Shown: positions 11,500 to 23,800 of the stretch, piece after piece
Layout of the letters: every line of letters begins with the position of its first letter
How positions within the stretch are numbered: the stretch's first letter is position 1
From: Antechinus flavipes
Taxonomy: Eukaryota
DNA: 64,000 nt
Direction: 5' to 3'
Assembly: GCF_016432865.1 (NCBI RefSeq)
Contig: NC_067398.1
Coordinates: 163,928,001-163,992,000 of the forward strand
The notes under the pieces: model-generated
Seen by the model: the letters and a program-made list of their open reading frames with translations, nothing else
Database searches by the model: none
What the model was told of the DNA's origin: nothing
Made by a program: the position numbers and the translations under genes

Positions 11500-12330
11500 T
11501 ATTTGTAATTTTTTTTAAATCACCACATATTCAAACACTTCATTGATGTACTTTAAAGGATTATCAATTTCCAGCATCTTCCCCTACCATATTCACCTAT
11601 AAGAGACATTTCCCTCACAATAAAGTACAGCTAAAGAAAACCAATGAACACATTGGCCAGATCTGATATAATTCACCTCATTTTAGCTCTGTAGTTCACC
11701 ATCACTTCACTGGAGGAGGAAGCCATGTTTCATGAAAGCTAATATATAAAAGTCATAAACTAGTCATTGAATTAAAGCTCTGATGAATTCCAGTATTATC
11801 ATCTTTTATATTATTGTGATTAGCATGTAAATTGTTCTTTTAATTATTGTTCAGTGTCAGATCATATAATTCTCAAATTTCCCCAAATTCTTCACAGTCA
11901 TCACATACTATGGACCAATAATATTTTGTACTTTGATGTACTACAATTTGTTTTAGTCATTTTCCAACTGGTGGACATGCTCTGTTTCTAATTCTTTGCT
12001 ACCACAAAAGTGCTGTTATAAATATTTCGTATATTTGATCTCTTTTTACTATTTACAATTCTTTGCTAGGACTGAAAAGTTGCTATAAATATTTTTTGTG
12101 TATATTATCTCTATTTATTGATTGTCTTTAACCTCCTTAAGTAATAAGCTTAGTAGTGGTCTTACTTGGTCACAGTATATGTGCAGTTTAGATATTATTT
12201 TCTAGTATAAATTGGTTTCCATAATAGCTGTACTAATTTATAGCTCTGCAAATAGTACATTAGTGTTTCTGAGTTCTTCCAGATCCCATCATTTGCTATT
12301 TTCATCTTTTGTCATCTTTATCAATATGAT
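11500..12330 (-). mobile_element. Old L1 3' fragment
   Basis: Decayed antisense L1 ORF2-end motifs (ttccaactggtggacatg, ttctttgctaccacaaaagtgctgttataaat). Confidence 0.6.
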
Positions 12331-12619
12331 AGATGTGAGATGAAATTTCTTGTATGTATTCCTCTATAATATAGCCTGTCTATACTGCCCTGGCTGCTAC
12401 CATTTTTGTTCAAACCAATTAGTCAACCAACAAATATTTATTGTCTATATGCTGGACACCATGCTAGGCAATGGGTCTACAAATATAACGAGTGGAATAA
12501 CCCTTAATGGGCATAAGTTTACATTTTAGTCTAGGAATGTCTGCTCTTAGGAACTTGATTCATGGGTGAAGTGGGTTGCTGCAGGCTAACAAATGCATCT
12601 CCCATTTGTTTCTATCCCA

Positions 12620-13400
12620 AGATAGAGGTATGTAGGAAAAATAAAAGCAATTCTCTACTTTATCCTCAAATAAAACATGAGAGACTTTGTCAAGTAATTA
12701 GCTGAAAGAGCAAGTATACCCTCATTCACCTCATCTGCCAGGCTCATTACTTTGTCAAAAAATAATCAAATTAGCCTAGCATGATCTGATTTCAAGAAAT
12801 CACACTGATTTTTAGTGATTACTATTTCACTTTCTAACTGTTCTTAAGTCATCCCTTTAATTTTGCCATTAAATTTCTTTAAATTTTTGTTCTAACATTT
12901 TGCCAATTATAGAGACAAATCTATAGCTTGCAGGCTCTACATTCTTTTCTGTGTCTCTTTTTTAAAATTTAGGACATTTGCCCTACTTCAGTCCTATAGT
13001 ATCTTCATTTGCCACAATCTTTCTTTTTTTAATATAATTTATTTTTATTTTCAGTGCTAAATTATCTCCCTCCTTTAGCCCCGCCTCTATTCCTTATGAA
13101 GACAAAACATATGAAACCCATTAAAAGTATGAAGTCATGCAAAACATATTTCTATATTAGCTATATTCTAGGAAAGGGGAAAAAGCAAACAAAGAAAAAA
13201 GAAAATATGCTTCAATCTAAACCCAGAATCCATTAATCCTCTACCTGGGGTTTCCACAATCTTTCAAAAATATCACCGGCTTTGTGATCATACTTGTCAA
13301 TTCTGTTAATACCCTGGGATGCATGTGTGGGTCTTGTGACAAGAATTCATTGAGGGTAGCTATATGCTATCTGATATTTATTTCATGTTCTTTGCTTGCC
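12620..13400 (-). mobile_element. CR1/L3 RT fragment interrupted by an L1 3' insert at 13024-13253
   Basis: CR1-like antisense RT sequence (ctttgtcaaaaaataatcaaattagcctagcatgatctg). The insert is flanked by a perfect 12-bp TSD ccacaatctttc (13012-13023 and 13254-13265). Confidence 0.7.
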
Positions 13401-14077
13401 CTTTTTTGTTCCATCATTCATAGTCCAAAGATTACATTCATTGAAAAAGAAAATAAATACAAAATATAAATATTTAGTGTTTTTCCTAGTCATCTATCAT
13501 TACACCTAAAAAAATAATCTTACTTATACATTCACAAAGTCTGTTTGCTGTCATTGAAATGATTTTATTGATAACCATTTTTGGATGGATACCTGATTTT
13601 TGTCTGCTCCTTTGAATTGGGTAGATTACATTGCCCTCACACAGAACCTGAGTCTCTTCCATTTTCAAACAGGAAAATTCTTATAGCTGAGAGAGACTAT
13701 GAATTTCATCACCTCCTGCTGCTTTCTACTAGTTGCTTCAGAGAATGGAAGGATTCTCTCCCAGCTACTCCCTCACCCCTGTCTCTAGTTCAGTAACAGA
13801 GCCCAGAATTTTTCTGGCATAGGACCTACAGTTAAGGGAAAGGAAAAAGCTAAGAGTGTTGTGCAGGGGGGGAAATGAAAAAAATCTGGAAGAGTTGTGA
13901 TTTCCCCTGCAATGTATCACAGGTCTCCCAATACAGTCCATACTAGAGATTCTCTTTTTATAGGAAAAGATTTCATTAGAGTGGTGATTTCATTAATATG
14001 AGAAACTCTCACCCAAAGGTATGCGGTAAATATTTAATAACTTATTTCCTGGATGGGGAGGAAGGACACATGACAAA

Positions 14078-14215
14078 CTTTTTTTTTTTTTAATTTAAAG
14101 GCAATCAGGGTTAAGTGACTTATTCAGGGTTATATATTTAGTAAGTATGGGATGTTGGATTTGAATTCAGATCCTCCTGATTCCAGAGCCAGTGCTTTAT
14201 CCACTGCACCACCTA
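14078..14215 (-). mobile_element. WSINE1-like SINE
   Basis: Poly-T, ggcaatcagggttaagtgactt..., gatttgaattcagatcctcctga, atccactgcaccacct. Confidence 0.75.
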
Positions 14216-15390
14216 TATGACACACTTTTAAGTTTAATGTGCATTTTGAAAAATGTTTTCTCCATTAAAAACATTTTATTCATCATCTTCAGGTTGGGCA
14301 ATCAAACAAAAAAACCAAACCCTGATTTATAGCATTTGCCAATTTCCAAGATGTATATACTTACTCAAAATTTGACAATCTCATGAGCCCCTCCAAACAG
14401 GCTCCAGAATATCCTGTCTCAAGTGAGAAAGTTCCTTTAACGAAAATTGGCACATCTTTGTAACTTGTAACCTTAGAAAGTTGCCTAGCCCACCAAAAGG
14501 TTAACTGACTTGTGAAGAATCACACAGACAGTGTGTAGCAGAGAGGTAAGGCTCAAACCTAGTTCTTTCTGCCTTCAAATCCTGCTCTTTATGTACCCTA
14601 TCTCTTTTATGGGAAGCTTAAAATTTTTAAAAATGTTAATTTAATTTTATTTTAATTTCCAGCAACATTTTTGGAAACTCTGCCCAGAAACTTAAAATAC
14701 TCAGAACTGACTTGGATGGTTGGGCTGAAGACATTTAGTCCTGTACTGTCAAAATTACACTTTTTCTTGTTAGGAATTAGGTGATAGGTTGTAATATTTA
14801 TATAACCCATGTGCAGACTAAGGACATGGACTGGGTTACATTGTAGTAATGAGTTAATATTGACAATCCCCATGGCTCATATTCATCCCTCTCCAGATGT
14901 TCTCTCTGTGAAAACATCTGCATTTGTCTCATTTCTGGTGTACTCATCTCACCTGTAAGTAGCCAAGGTTACCAGTAAACATTTTGAACATAAAGTACAT
15001 TGATTACTAAGCACAGAAGTACAGTTCTCATCACTAAATCCCAGTTAAAATAGGGAGAGATTAAAATAAAAATAAATATATGTAAATATACATATATATA
15101 CATATGTATATATAATATATAGGTATACACACACACACACACACATATATATCTTATTTGTGTCTAATGGTAGCCATCTCTAAAACAGGGCAAGGGGAGA
15201 GAGGAGAGTAAAGGGAAAAAAATTTTAAAAGAAGTTTACATAATTTTGTTGTATGTTTGAAAAGAGCAGTAAGAAGTGCATAGTAGATTTGTAGTTTCAT
15301 GTGCAATCATCTTTTTATTGTACTATGCTAAAAAGATAGGAAGAAAGTAATTTTTCTCCTTGCTTCTTAGAGGGTCAGTCTCCTTCCTCA

Positions 15391-15655
15391 GGGACAGTTG
15401 GGTGGTGTGTTATACCTAGAGTCAGCAAGTTTTTGCGGCAGCAGATACTTACTAGCCGTGTGATCCTAGCAAGTCACTTATATAGTGACTTGCCCAGTCA
15501 TTTTGCCTCAGTTTCCTTGTCTATAAATTAAGCTGGAGAAGGAAAGAACAAAACGATCTGAACACACACTAAAAAAACACACACACCCAAAAAAAAAAAA
15601 AACCTCAAAAAGGGCCACAAAGGGTTAGCCACAACTGAAATGACTGAATAACAAC
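15391..15655 (+). mobile_element. Mar1-type CORE-SINE (RTE-derived tail)
   Basis: tRNA-like head, core gcctcagtttccttgtctataaa, gctggagaaggaaa, tail acaactgaaatgactgaataacaac. Confidence 0.7.
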
Positions 15656-16154
15656 ATAAAAACTTACATAAATAGACTTACACAATTGAGAGAAGTCTCA
15701 AAAGCAGGACTAGAACTGGGAGCTCCAGGAAAGTGAGCATCTATGTCCCCCTGGAATGCTTTCTTGGGGTCTAGACTTGCTCCCTCACTCAGTCTGGGGT
15801 CCAAGCAGTCTGTCTCCCTGCTGTCTCTGTTAGCAACCAATCTGGGCTGTTCTTGCATTTCTGCTTGGCCTAGGATCTGCTTGACCACAATATCCAGAAA
15901 CTGTTGCCTCTGATTTTATTTTTGACATTTCATTCCATTCCATTGCTTTTTTTTTTTTTTAAACATTCTGCAGCATGCCTTCCTCCCCTTATCCATAACT
16001 TCCCTGCTCTCTTCCTCTCAGAGCCCATGCTATGGACCCTGAGTATTCTAAGGACTTGTATCTTTCCGTATCAGTACCTTGTTCCTATGGTATTGTGGGA
16101 AAAGCTATTCTTTTCCCATTACTCCTTTTTCCATATAGGAATATGTCCACTATA

Positions 16155-16925
16155 TTAAAAAATAATAACTAGCATTTATATAATACTTTAAAATTTGCAA
16201 CATATTTTATGAATATTGTCTCATGTGATTCCTCACAACAACCCTGTAAGGCAGGTGCTATTATTATCTCCATTTTATACTGGAAAAAACAGAAACAGCA
16301 GTTAAGGGATGTACCAGGGTCACAGAGCCTGTATGCTTCTGGAGCAAAATTTGAACTCAGCTCTCCTTAACTATGTTCAACACAGTGCCATTGAGAGATA
16401 TCAGGAAGAAGTTTCCCTTTCTTCTAATAACTGAGTTAACCAGTAGAGAAGTGGATAGAGCTTGTAATTTCCGCCAGGGAAACTTGAATTTTAAACAAAG
16501 GCTTAAATTTTGAAAGAATACTAGGGGAAAAAAGGAGAGATTGAGACCCCCATCAGTTCTGGATACGTGCTATACAAAACTAAGCTCAAGATGTGGCAAG
16601 TGTGTCTTAGTTTAGCGTGCAAACATCTATCTAGAAGAGTTCTTTTCTTATATTGTCATTTCTCCAACCTCAGCAGATACAAATATTAGTAAAAAGATTT
16701 TTTTTGTTTAGTCATTTTTCAGTCACGTCTGACTCTGTGACTTCTTTTCAGGATTTTCTTGGCAAAGCTGCTGGAGTGACTTGCCCTTGCCTTTTCCAGC
16801 TCTTTTTTTACAGATTAGTAAACTGAAGCAAACAGGGTTAAGTGACTTGCTCAAGATCACACAGCTAGCAAGTGTTTGAGACCAGATTTGAGTCTTTCTG
16901 ACTCCAGGCCCGACAAGCTAGCCAT
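16155..16925 (-). mobile_element. MIR (about 16155-16385) and Mar1-type SINE (about 16700-16925)
   Basis: Two antisense CORE-SINE copies. The second carries the tttcttggcaaag...gccttttccagctc Mar1 tail. Confidence 0.7.
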
Positions 16926-17206
16926 TGTACAGATCTAGATTCTAATTCTGATTTTGCTACATCATAGCTATGCAATCTTTGTGTCACTCAATCTCATTCT
17001 TTCATATAAAATAGAAGGATTGGAATAAGCAGTCTTTGGAATCTCTTCTAGTCTTTACTTCTACCTGTATATCTAGTATAATAACAATTCATATTTATAT
17101 AACATCCTAAGGTTTCATTTTTCTACACAATAACCCTGTGAAGTAGGTAGGTGTAGTATGATTATTTCCATTCAATAAATTAGGTAATTGAAAAATTATA
17201 GCACTA

Positions 17207-17468
17207 ATAGTACACTATTTCAAAGTCTGATTCTTTCTATACAGCAAAATAACTGTTAAGACATGTATACTTATGTTGTATTTAATTTATACTTTAACAT
17301 ATTTAACATGTATAGTCAACCTGCCATCGGGCGGGGGCAGGGAATAGGGGAAAAGAGGGGGAAAAGTGGCAACAAAAAGTTGGCAACAACTGTGCTGTAA
17401 AATTACCCACACATATAATTTGTAAATAAAAAGCTATTTAAAAAAAAAAAAAGAAGAGAAAAAAAAAA
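17207..17468 (+). mobile_element. Short L1 3' UTR insert
   Basis: G-rich tract, aataaaaagctatt and A-tail. Degenerate TSD aaattatagcacta / aagttgtagcacta. Confidence 0.75.
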
Positions 17469-17559
17469 GTTGTAGCACTATGTTAAGCCCCAAGGGCATC
17501 AAAAGAGGCAGAAAAATGCCTCCCCTCAAGGAGTTTATGATTTAATAGGATCCAGCACC

Positions 17560-17690
17560 CTACCTTTTTTAGGGGAGACAATTAAAGTTGTGACTTGCCC
17601 AGGGTCACACAACTAGTAAATATCTGAGGCTAGATTTGAGTTCAGGTCCTTCTGTCTCAGTGCTCTACCCATTAAACCACTTAGCTGATC
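17560..17690 (-). mobile_element. WSINE1/MIR-like SINE
   Basis: gtgacttgcccagggtcacacaactagtaaatatctgaggctagatttgagttcaggtcc. Confidence 0.7.
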
Positions 17691-18119
17691 CCTTTCTCCT
17701 ACCTTTCAGATTGATATTCTCACCCAAAGATGACAGAGGTTAACTATATGTTTTCTTAAAATCTTTTTAGTCATTCCACATATAATAAAAACCTTAATTA
17801 TCTGAAACTAGATTTTTGGCAACCTCATTCTACTGCAACAAGTAGAAAATCAGATATACATATAAATTGCCTCTAGCCCAACAAAAACTGTTGTCATAAA
17901 ATTCATCCACTTTACTTATAGACACAGGACATATTTCACATAATTTTAAACACAGTAGTAATCTGATTTTCCCTAACCACATGGGGTAACAATCTTATAA
18001 GTGTTAGAGCAGAAAGAGACTTTAGAGATCATCTTATCCTGCCCCCTTCTTATGTGGAATAGGAAACACATTTAGAGAGGGGAATTAACATGCTCTACAT
18101 CACACAGCTTGTTCATAGA

Positions 18120-18480
18120 AAAACCAACCCTATAACTAAAGTCTTTTGACTCCAGCGCTCTTTCCATTGGAACTCCAAATCATTTCTCCCATCAGTCTTC
18201 TTCTGTCTACTCAAATGGCCACCATTCTTCTTCTGGTCCTTATAACCTCTCACCTGGACTCTTGGAATTGCTTTCTAATTGCTTCTCTGCCTGAAGCCCC
18301 TCATCTCATCCATTCTTCTTCTACAAAGCTATCAAAGTGATATGCAGCAAGCACAACTCTGATCAATCTCCTACTCAATAAATTCCAGTGGCTTTTATTA
18401 CCTTGAGAATCAAATAGAAACTCTTCTGTTTAGCATTTAAAGCCCTTCAAGACTTACCTGACCATACTCTCCAGAATTAA
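18120..18480 (+). mobile_element. L2 LINE 3' fragment
   Basis: ctcacctggactcttggaattgc..., actcaataaattccagtggct, tagcatttaaagcccttc. Confidence 0.65.
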
Positions 18481-18659
18481 CTCAACAATTAAGCCAAATT
18501 TGATTCTTTATATTCCTTAGACATTCCACCACCACTCGACAGTCCCCCATGTCCTCCATACCATTCCTTTTTAGAATCAGTGGCTTCCTCTTCAGCTTAG
18601 CTTTGTGGGAATAGTTAGGTGGGGCAGTCTATAGAATGCCAGATCTAGAGTCAGGAAGA

Positions 18660-19990
18660 TTAATGAATATAATGGAATTGTATTGTTGCATAAGAAATAA
18701 TGGCTAGCCTGGAGAGACTTACACGAACTGATGCTGAGTGAAATGAGCAGGACCAGGAGATCATTATATACTTCAATACCAACACTATATGGCCATCTTC
18801 AGCAACGAGATGAATCAAATCAGTTCCAATGGAGCAGTAATGAATTGAACCAGCTACACCCAGTGAAAGAACTCTGGGAGATGACTAAGAGCCATTACAA
18901 TGAATTCCCAATCCCTATATTTTTGCCTGCCTGCATTTTGGATTTCCTTCACAGGCTAACTGTACACTATTTCAGAGTCTGATTCTTTTTTTTTTTAATA
19001 ACTTTTTATTGATAGAATCCATGCCAGGGTAATTTTTTACAGCATTATCCCTTGCATTCACTTCTGTTCCGATTTCCCCCCGCCTCCTCCCTCCATCCCC
19101 TCCCCCAGATGGCAAGCAGTCCTTTACATGTTGAATAGGTTACAGTATATCCTGGATACAATATACGTGTGCAGAACCGAACAGTTTTCTTGTTGCACAG
19201 GGAGAAATGAATTCAGAAGGTATAAATAATCCGGGAAGAAAAACAAAAATGCAAGCAGTCTATATTCATCTCCCAGTGTTCTTTCTTTGGGTGTAGCTGC
19301 TTCTGCCCATCTTTGATCACTTGAAACTGAATTAGCTCTCTTTATCAAAGAGATCCACTTCCCCGATTCTTTTTGTACAGCAAAATAATGGTTTGGACAT
19401 GTATACTTATTTTGTATTTAATTTATACTTTAATATATTTAACATGTATTGGTCATCCTGCCATCTAGGGGAGGAGATGGGGGGGAAGGAGGGGAAAAAT
19501 TGGAACAAAAGGTTGGCAATTGTCAATGCTGTAAAATTACTCTGCATATAACTTGTAAATAAAAAGTTATTAAAAATTTTAAAAAAGGAAATAATGGCTA
19601 TAACAAATTCAGAAAAAACATGAAAAGACTTTTCTAAACTGATGCAGATTGAAGCAAGCAGTACTACGAGAACAATTTATGCAAAAACAACAAAAATAAC
19701 ATGAAAATCAACTTTGAAAAACCTTAGAAATTTGATCAAAGTAGCAAACAAAAAGTAACATCAAAAGACGGGTGATGAACATTTTTCCCACCTCTTGACA
19801 TAGAGATAATGTACTAAAGATGAAGAAGTGAAATAGATAGCCTTAGATTGGGACAACCCATCTATCAGTTTTCCTGGACTTCATATGTTGTTACAAAGGT
19901 TTCACCCTGGAGAGAAGGAATGTGGAAGTTGGTGGGTCATGATAGATATGCAACCAAAAAAGGGCATCCATAAAACTTTTTTTTCCTAAG
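18660..19990 (+). mobile_element. Three-level L1 nest: old host, then L1 18707-19587 (+), then L1 3' UTR 18991-19362 (-)
   Basis: 13-bp TSD gaaataatggcta (18694-18706 and 19588-19600). Inner TSD gattcttttt (18981-18990 and 19365-19374). Confidence 0.85.
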
Positions 19991-20409
19991 TTCACGAAAG
20001 ATCTTCAAGGCATGGAGTATTATTATCCCTATTTTACTTTCTAGGAAATTGAGGCAAACAGATTAAGTGACAACTTGTGTTTATAATTAATTTCACAATG
20101 AAAAAGTGAAAAGGAGAAAAAAAATTATAGTGAAGAAAAGAAATAACCATAAAGGAAAATAATTATACTCACTCACTACCGCTTGCCTCATTAAAAAAAA
20201 AAAAGTTTCATTATTTAAAGAGTGAAGCTCTAATTATTTGGAAATTTTTCTTATGTAGAGTGCTTCATTTTCCAGTGGTATTAGATTATTCTGTTCAATT
20301 CAACATTTAATTATCTACAAATAAGAGGAACTGTGCTAAGCAATCCCAGATTTTTAAAAGTTTATAAATACCAAACTTATTTCCCTCAAATAGCTTGGTC
20401 TAACTTAGT

Positions 20410-20635
20410 CAGAATTTTTGATCTGGGTCCCATGAACATAAAAAAAAGTTTTATAATTATTTCAACCAATATAATTAGTTTCTCTATATATTCTATTTTA
20501 AATATTATATGACATATTATTTGTAACATATTTTATCAATTTAAAAACATTATTCTTTTAAAAGATCTGTGGATTTCACCAATTTGCCTTTTGTCCACAT
20601 GCCCATGACACACAAAAATGGTAAAGATTCCCTGG
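20410..20635. mobile_element. hAT-Charlie (MER5/Cheshire-like) MITE
   Basis: gatctgggtcccatgaac...ggatttcacca...acacacaaaaatggtaaagattccctg. Related pieces at 26536-26703 and 37452-37620. Confidence 0.5.
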
Positions 20636-20844
20636 ACTAACAGATGAAGATTGAGTATATTATCATAGTATTTGGAAGGAAATTCAGAGTTCTTATAATC
20701 GATGTTTAATTTTACTCATGAGGAAATAGAGACTCAGACTTGCCCAGGTCACATAGGAAGACATGGGATTAGAATTTATGCCCTTGGACTTAAATCCAAA
20801 GCTATGCTAACTCCCATGAATGAATATAAATCCTAATATAAGAC

Positions 20845-21035
20845 CGGCAAAGATGAGCTGGGGTTGGTGGAAAATATATGAATGACACACTTTTAATTTT
20901 AATCTGCATTATTAGCATTTTCTCTGAGACTGTCAAAAATTTAGACAATTAACAACATGATAAATCAATCCTTGATTTGTAGTTTATCTATTTCCTAGAT
21001 GCAATTGCTCATACTGAAAATTTAACAATCAACTT
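20845..21035. mobile_element. hAT MITE (MER63-like); similar fragment at about 14300-14410
   Basis: ttttaattttaatctgcattattagcattttctc...tgatttgtag...ctcatactgaaaatttaacaatc. Confidence 0.5.
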
Positions 21036-21645
21036 TAACTGAAGATAGGGTATGATAAAAAAAAAAAAGTGAAGAGTACCAAACAAAGGCTTCTGGAAAC
21101 ATTTGAAAATAAATGGATCATTTTATTTATTGCTGGGTGATTCAGGAAAGATGCCATAGGGTGTCTAAACTGGGCCTTGACAGAACAGAAGAATTTCAAC
21201 AAAGAAAGACTAAGAGAGAGAGTGAACATTTCAGGAATAGGGGAAACCTGCATGGGTGCAAAAGGAGGAAACAGCACTATGGTAATATGATAGCTCTCCA
21301 GAGTCAATAAGAAGAACATGGTGATGGTGAAAATGATAACAGTGATGATGTAGCAAGGTGCTTAATGAATAAATGTAGTAAGTTTGCTAAACTGACTAGT
21401 AAAAGTTGACATTCACATAACACTTTTAGATTTAGAAAGATCATCTCTTTTCATCCTCACAACTCTCTAAGTTGGATACTACAGAGATTATCATCCCCAT
21501 TTTCCAAATGAAAAAATTATCAACATCTTAAATAATTTTGTCTGTTGTCACATGGCAGTATTTGAATTCTGGTCTGTACTGACTCTAAGCTTCGGTTTTC
21601 TCAGTGTCCCGCACAATATAGGAGGAAAGAAAGGAATAAAGAATT

Positions 21646-21789
21646 ATTTTGTTTTGTTCTTGAGAGGCAATCAGAGGTAAGTAATTTGTCCAGAATCACA
21701 CGGCTGGTAAGTGTTTGAGACTACATTTGAATTCAGTTCTTCCTGACTTCAGGGCCACTAATCTATCCACTGAGCCACCTAGCTGCCCC
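21646..21789 (-). mobile_element. WSINE1-like SINE
   Basis: Complete antisense head atccactgagccacctagctgcccc and tail gaggcaatc. Confidence 0.8.
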
Positions 21790-23454
21790 AAAAAATTATG
21801 AAAGGAAAAGTCTTTGCCCTTGAGTGGATCAAAATAGGTATGGCTCAGGGAACATGGCTAATGACTTCTTTTTTCTGGTTTTTAGCAAATTGAAAACAGT
21901 CTCAGAGATCAATTTACAGATAAGGAAACTGAGGCTCAGTGTACTTAATTGGTTTACCCAAAGTAACCTGATAATAAACAGCAAAATTAGACTTAGAATG
22001 TAGGTGCTTTAATTTCAATACACAGGACCTCTCCTACCTTCTCTAAAACCTTCACACCCAAACCCCACTAACCACACAAGGCATCCAGGTGAAAGTCCAA
22101 GTCAAAACTCTGGCATTTTATCTTGTGAAACAGAGCAGAGTCAAAAGCAACTTCCAGACACATGACAAACTCGTTCTGCATGTGGAGGAAGACATGCCCG
22201 TTTGATAGCTGGGGAGTGACCTACTGCAGTCCCAGGCGGCTTCAGTATCAGCAGCTCTCACCATTTCCGTTTTACTAGATGCAACAATATATTAAGAAAA
22301 AAAATAAGGAGATGGTTGGCTCTTTTCATGATTTTCCTTTTTAAATTTTGTTGAAAATGGAACTGTGTTCTCTTGATCCTTCAAACAAACAAAGAGGAAA
22401 TGGAAGCAAAAAGATTTCTCTTCTTTCCCCCAGGGACCTGGCTGTGTTTGTAGAACAATGTGGGGAAAGCGTCTGTCCATCTGCAGCCTTGTCAGGTTGC
22501 CCCAATGTGATTTGCTGAAGGAAGTGTTGGATGAATACCATTTCTATGTCAGAGAAAGTGATGGAGTCACATCCTTTGAATCAAAGATCTTTATTGACTC
22601 CCCCGTTAAATAGACGATGAAAGAAATCTCTGATCTTTTACCAGACTAGAAGTCAGGCCAGCAGATCTTGCTACGTATGGTCCTGGTGGGTCTGGGACGA
22701 CAGAAAGCCCAAGGAAGGAGTCTCGGGGGCAAATTGGGAGAGTGACAGTAAGTGCCTAGCAGTGGAGTGGGATACCAATGAGAATAATGATGTTAGAATA
22801 CCAACTGGACAGGCAGTGTTTCCTAGTGGACAGAAAGCCCATTTCAAGATCAGGAAGAAGACCAAAGTTCAAGGTCTGCTTTTAATACATCCTGGTAGTG
22901 TGATCCTGAATAATAAATACATTTAACTTCTTAGGGCTACCAGGCAAGTCTTGAAGACCATAAATTGATAAGACAGCTAAGACTTGCATTGCATTTCTAG
23001 GAGTTCCTTTTATCAATGAAATCAAAAGCCTGTCTCCCTGAATCAGCTATTTCCTCCTACAACATGGATTTATTAGGAAACCTCAGGCATGTCAATGATT
23101 TTTGTACTTTTCATTAAGTTTTTCTATAATATTCTATGTTGCAAAGTGATTTTTACCTTGCTTAGAGTCTTTATTCTGGGAGGAATCATGCTGATGAGGA
23201 AAAATTTCTCATCTGGGATCCAGGAGTCCAGCACTCTGCCAATAGCTAGTGATGTGACCTTTGGGATGTCACTAACTGGGCTGCATTTTCATTACCTGTA
23301 AAATAAAAAGTTGAAATAGATGATTTCTCTGGTTTCTCTAGCTTCTAATTTTCTTTACCCTTTCACAACAGGCTCACTACTCTGGTTTACAGGATGAATG
23401 TTACTTCACCCTAGGTCAACCCAGTCTCTTGTGGGCCTTTCCTTTTCCGAAGAG

Positions 23455-23800
23455 GCTAGGGAAGAAGAGGAAGGAGAAATAAGAGACAGGGAGACAGAGA
23501 GGGGGAGGGAAAGAGAGAAAGAGAGGGAGACAGAGACAGAGACAGAGAAGACAGGAAAGGAGAGGAGAGAAGAGGGGAGGAAAAGAGGAGCAGAAAGAAA
23601 GGAGAGAAAAGAAGAAGAGAAAAAAGGAGAGGGGAGGAGAAGAGAAGAGAGGAAATAAGAGAGGAGAGGAGAAGACAGGAGAAAAAGAGCAGGAGGAGGA
23701 GAAGAGGAAGAGGAAAAGGAGGAGGAGAAGGAGGAAGCAATGGATAATTTAAGGGGAAGAAAGGGAGAAGGGAGAGGGAGAGAAAAGGAAACAAAAAAAC
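23455..23800. repeat. GA-rich polypurine low-complexity tract (~345 bp)
   Basis: Nearly all A/G on the plus strand (gagagg, gagaca, gaagag and gaggag units). Explains ORFs 23398..23658, 23406..23819 and 23456..23830. Confidence 0.9.

Noticed and set aside
15465-15492. 10-bp inverted repeat gcaagtcact-tatat-agtgacttgc
   Set aside because: Both arms are the ubiquitous CORE-SINE motif inside a SINE.
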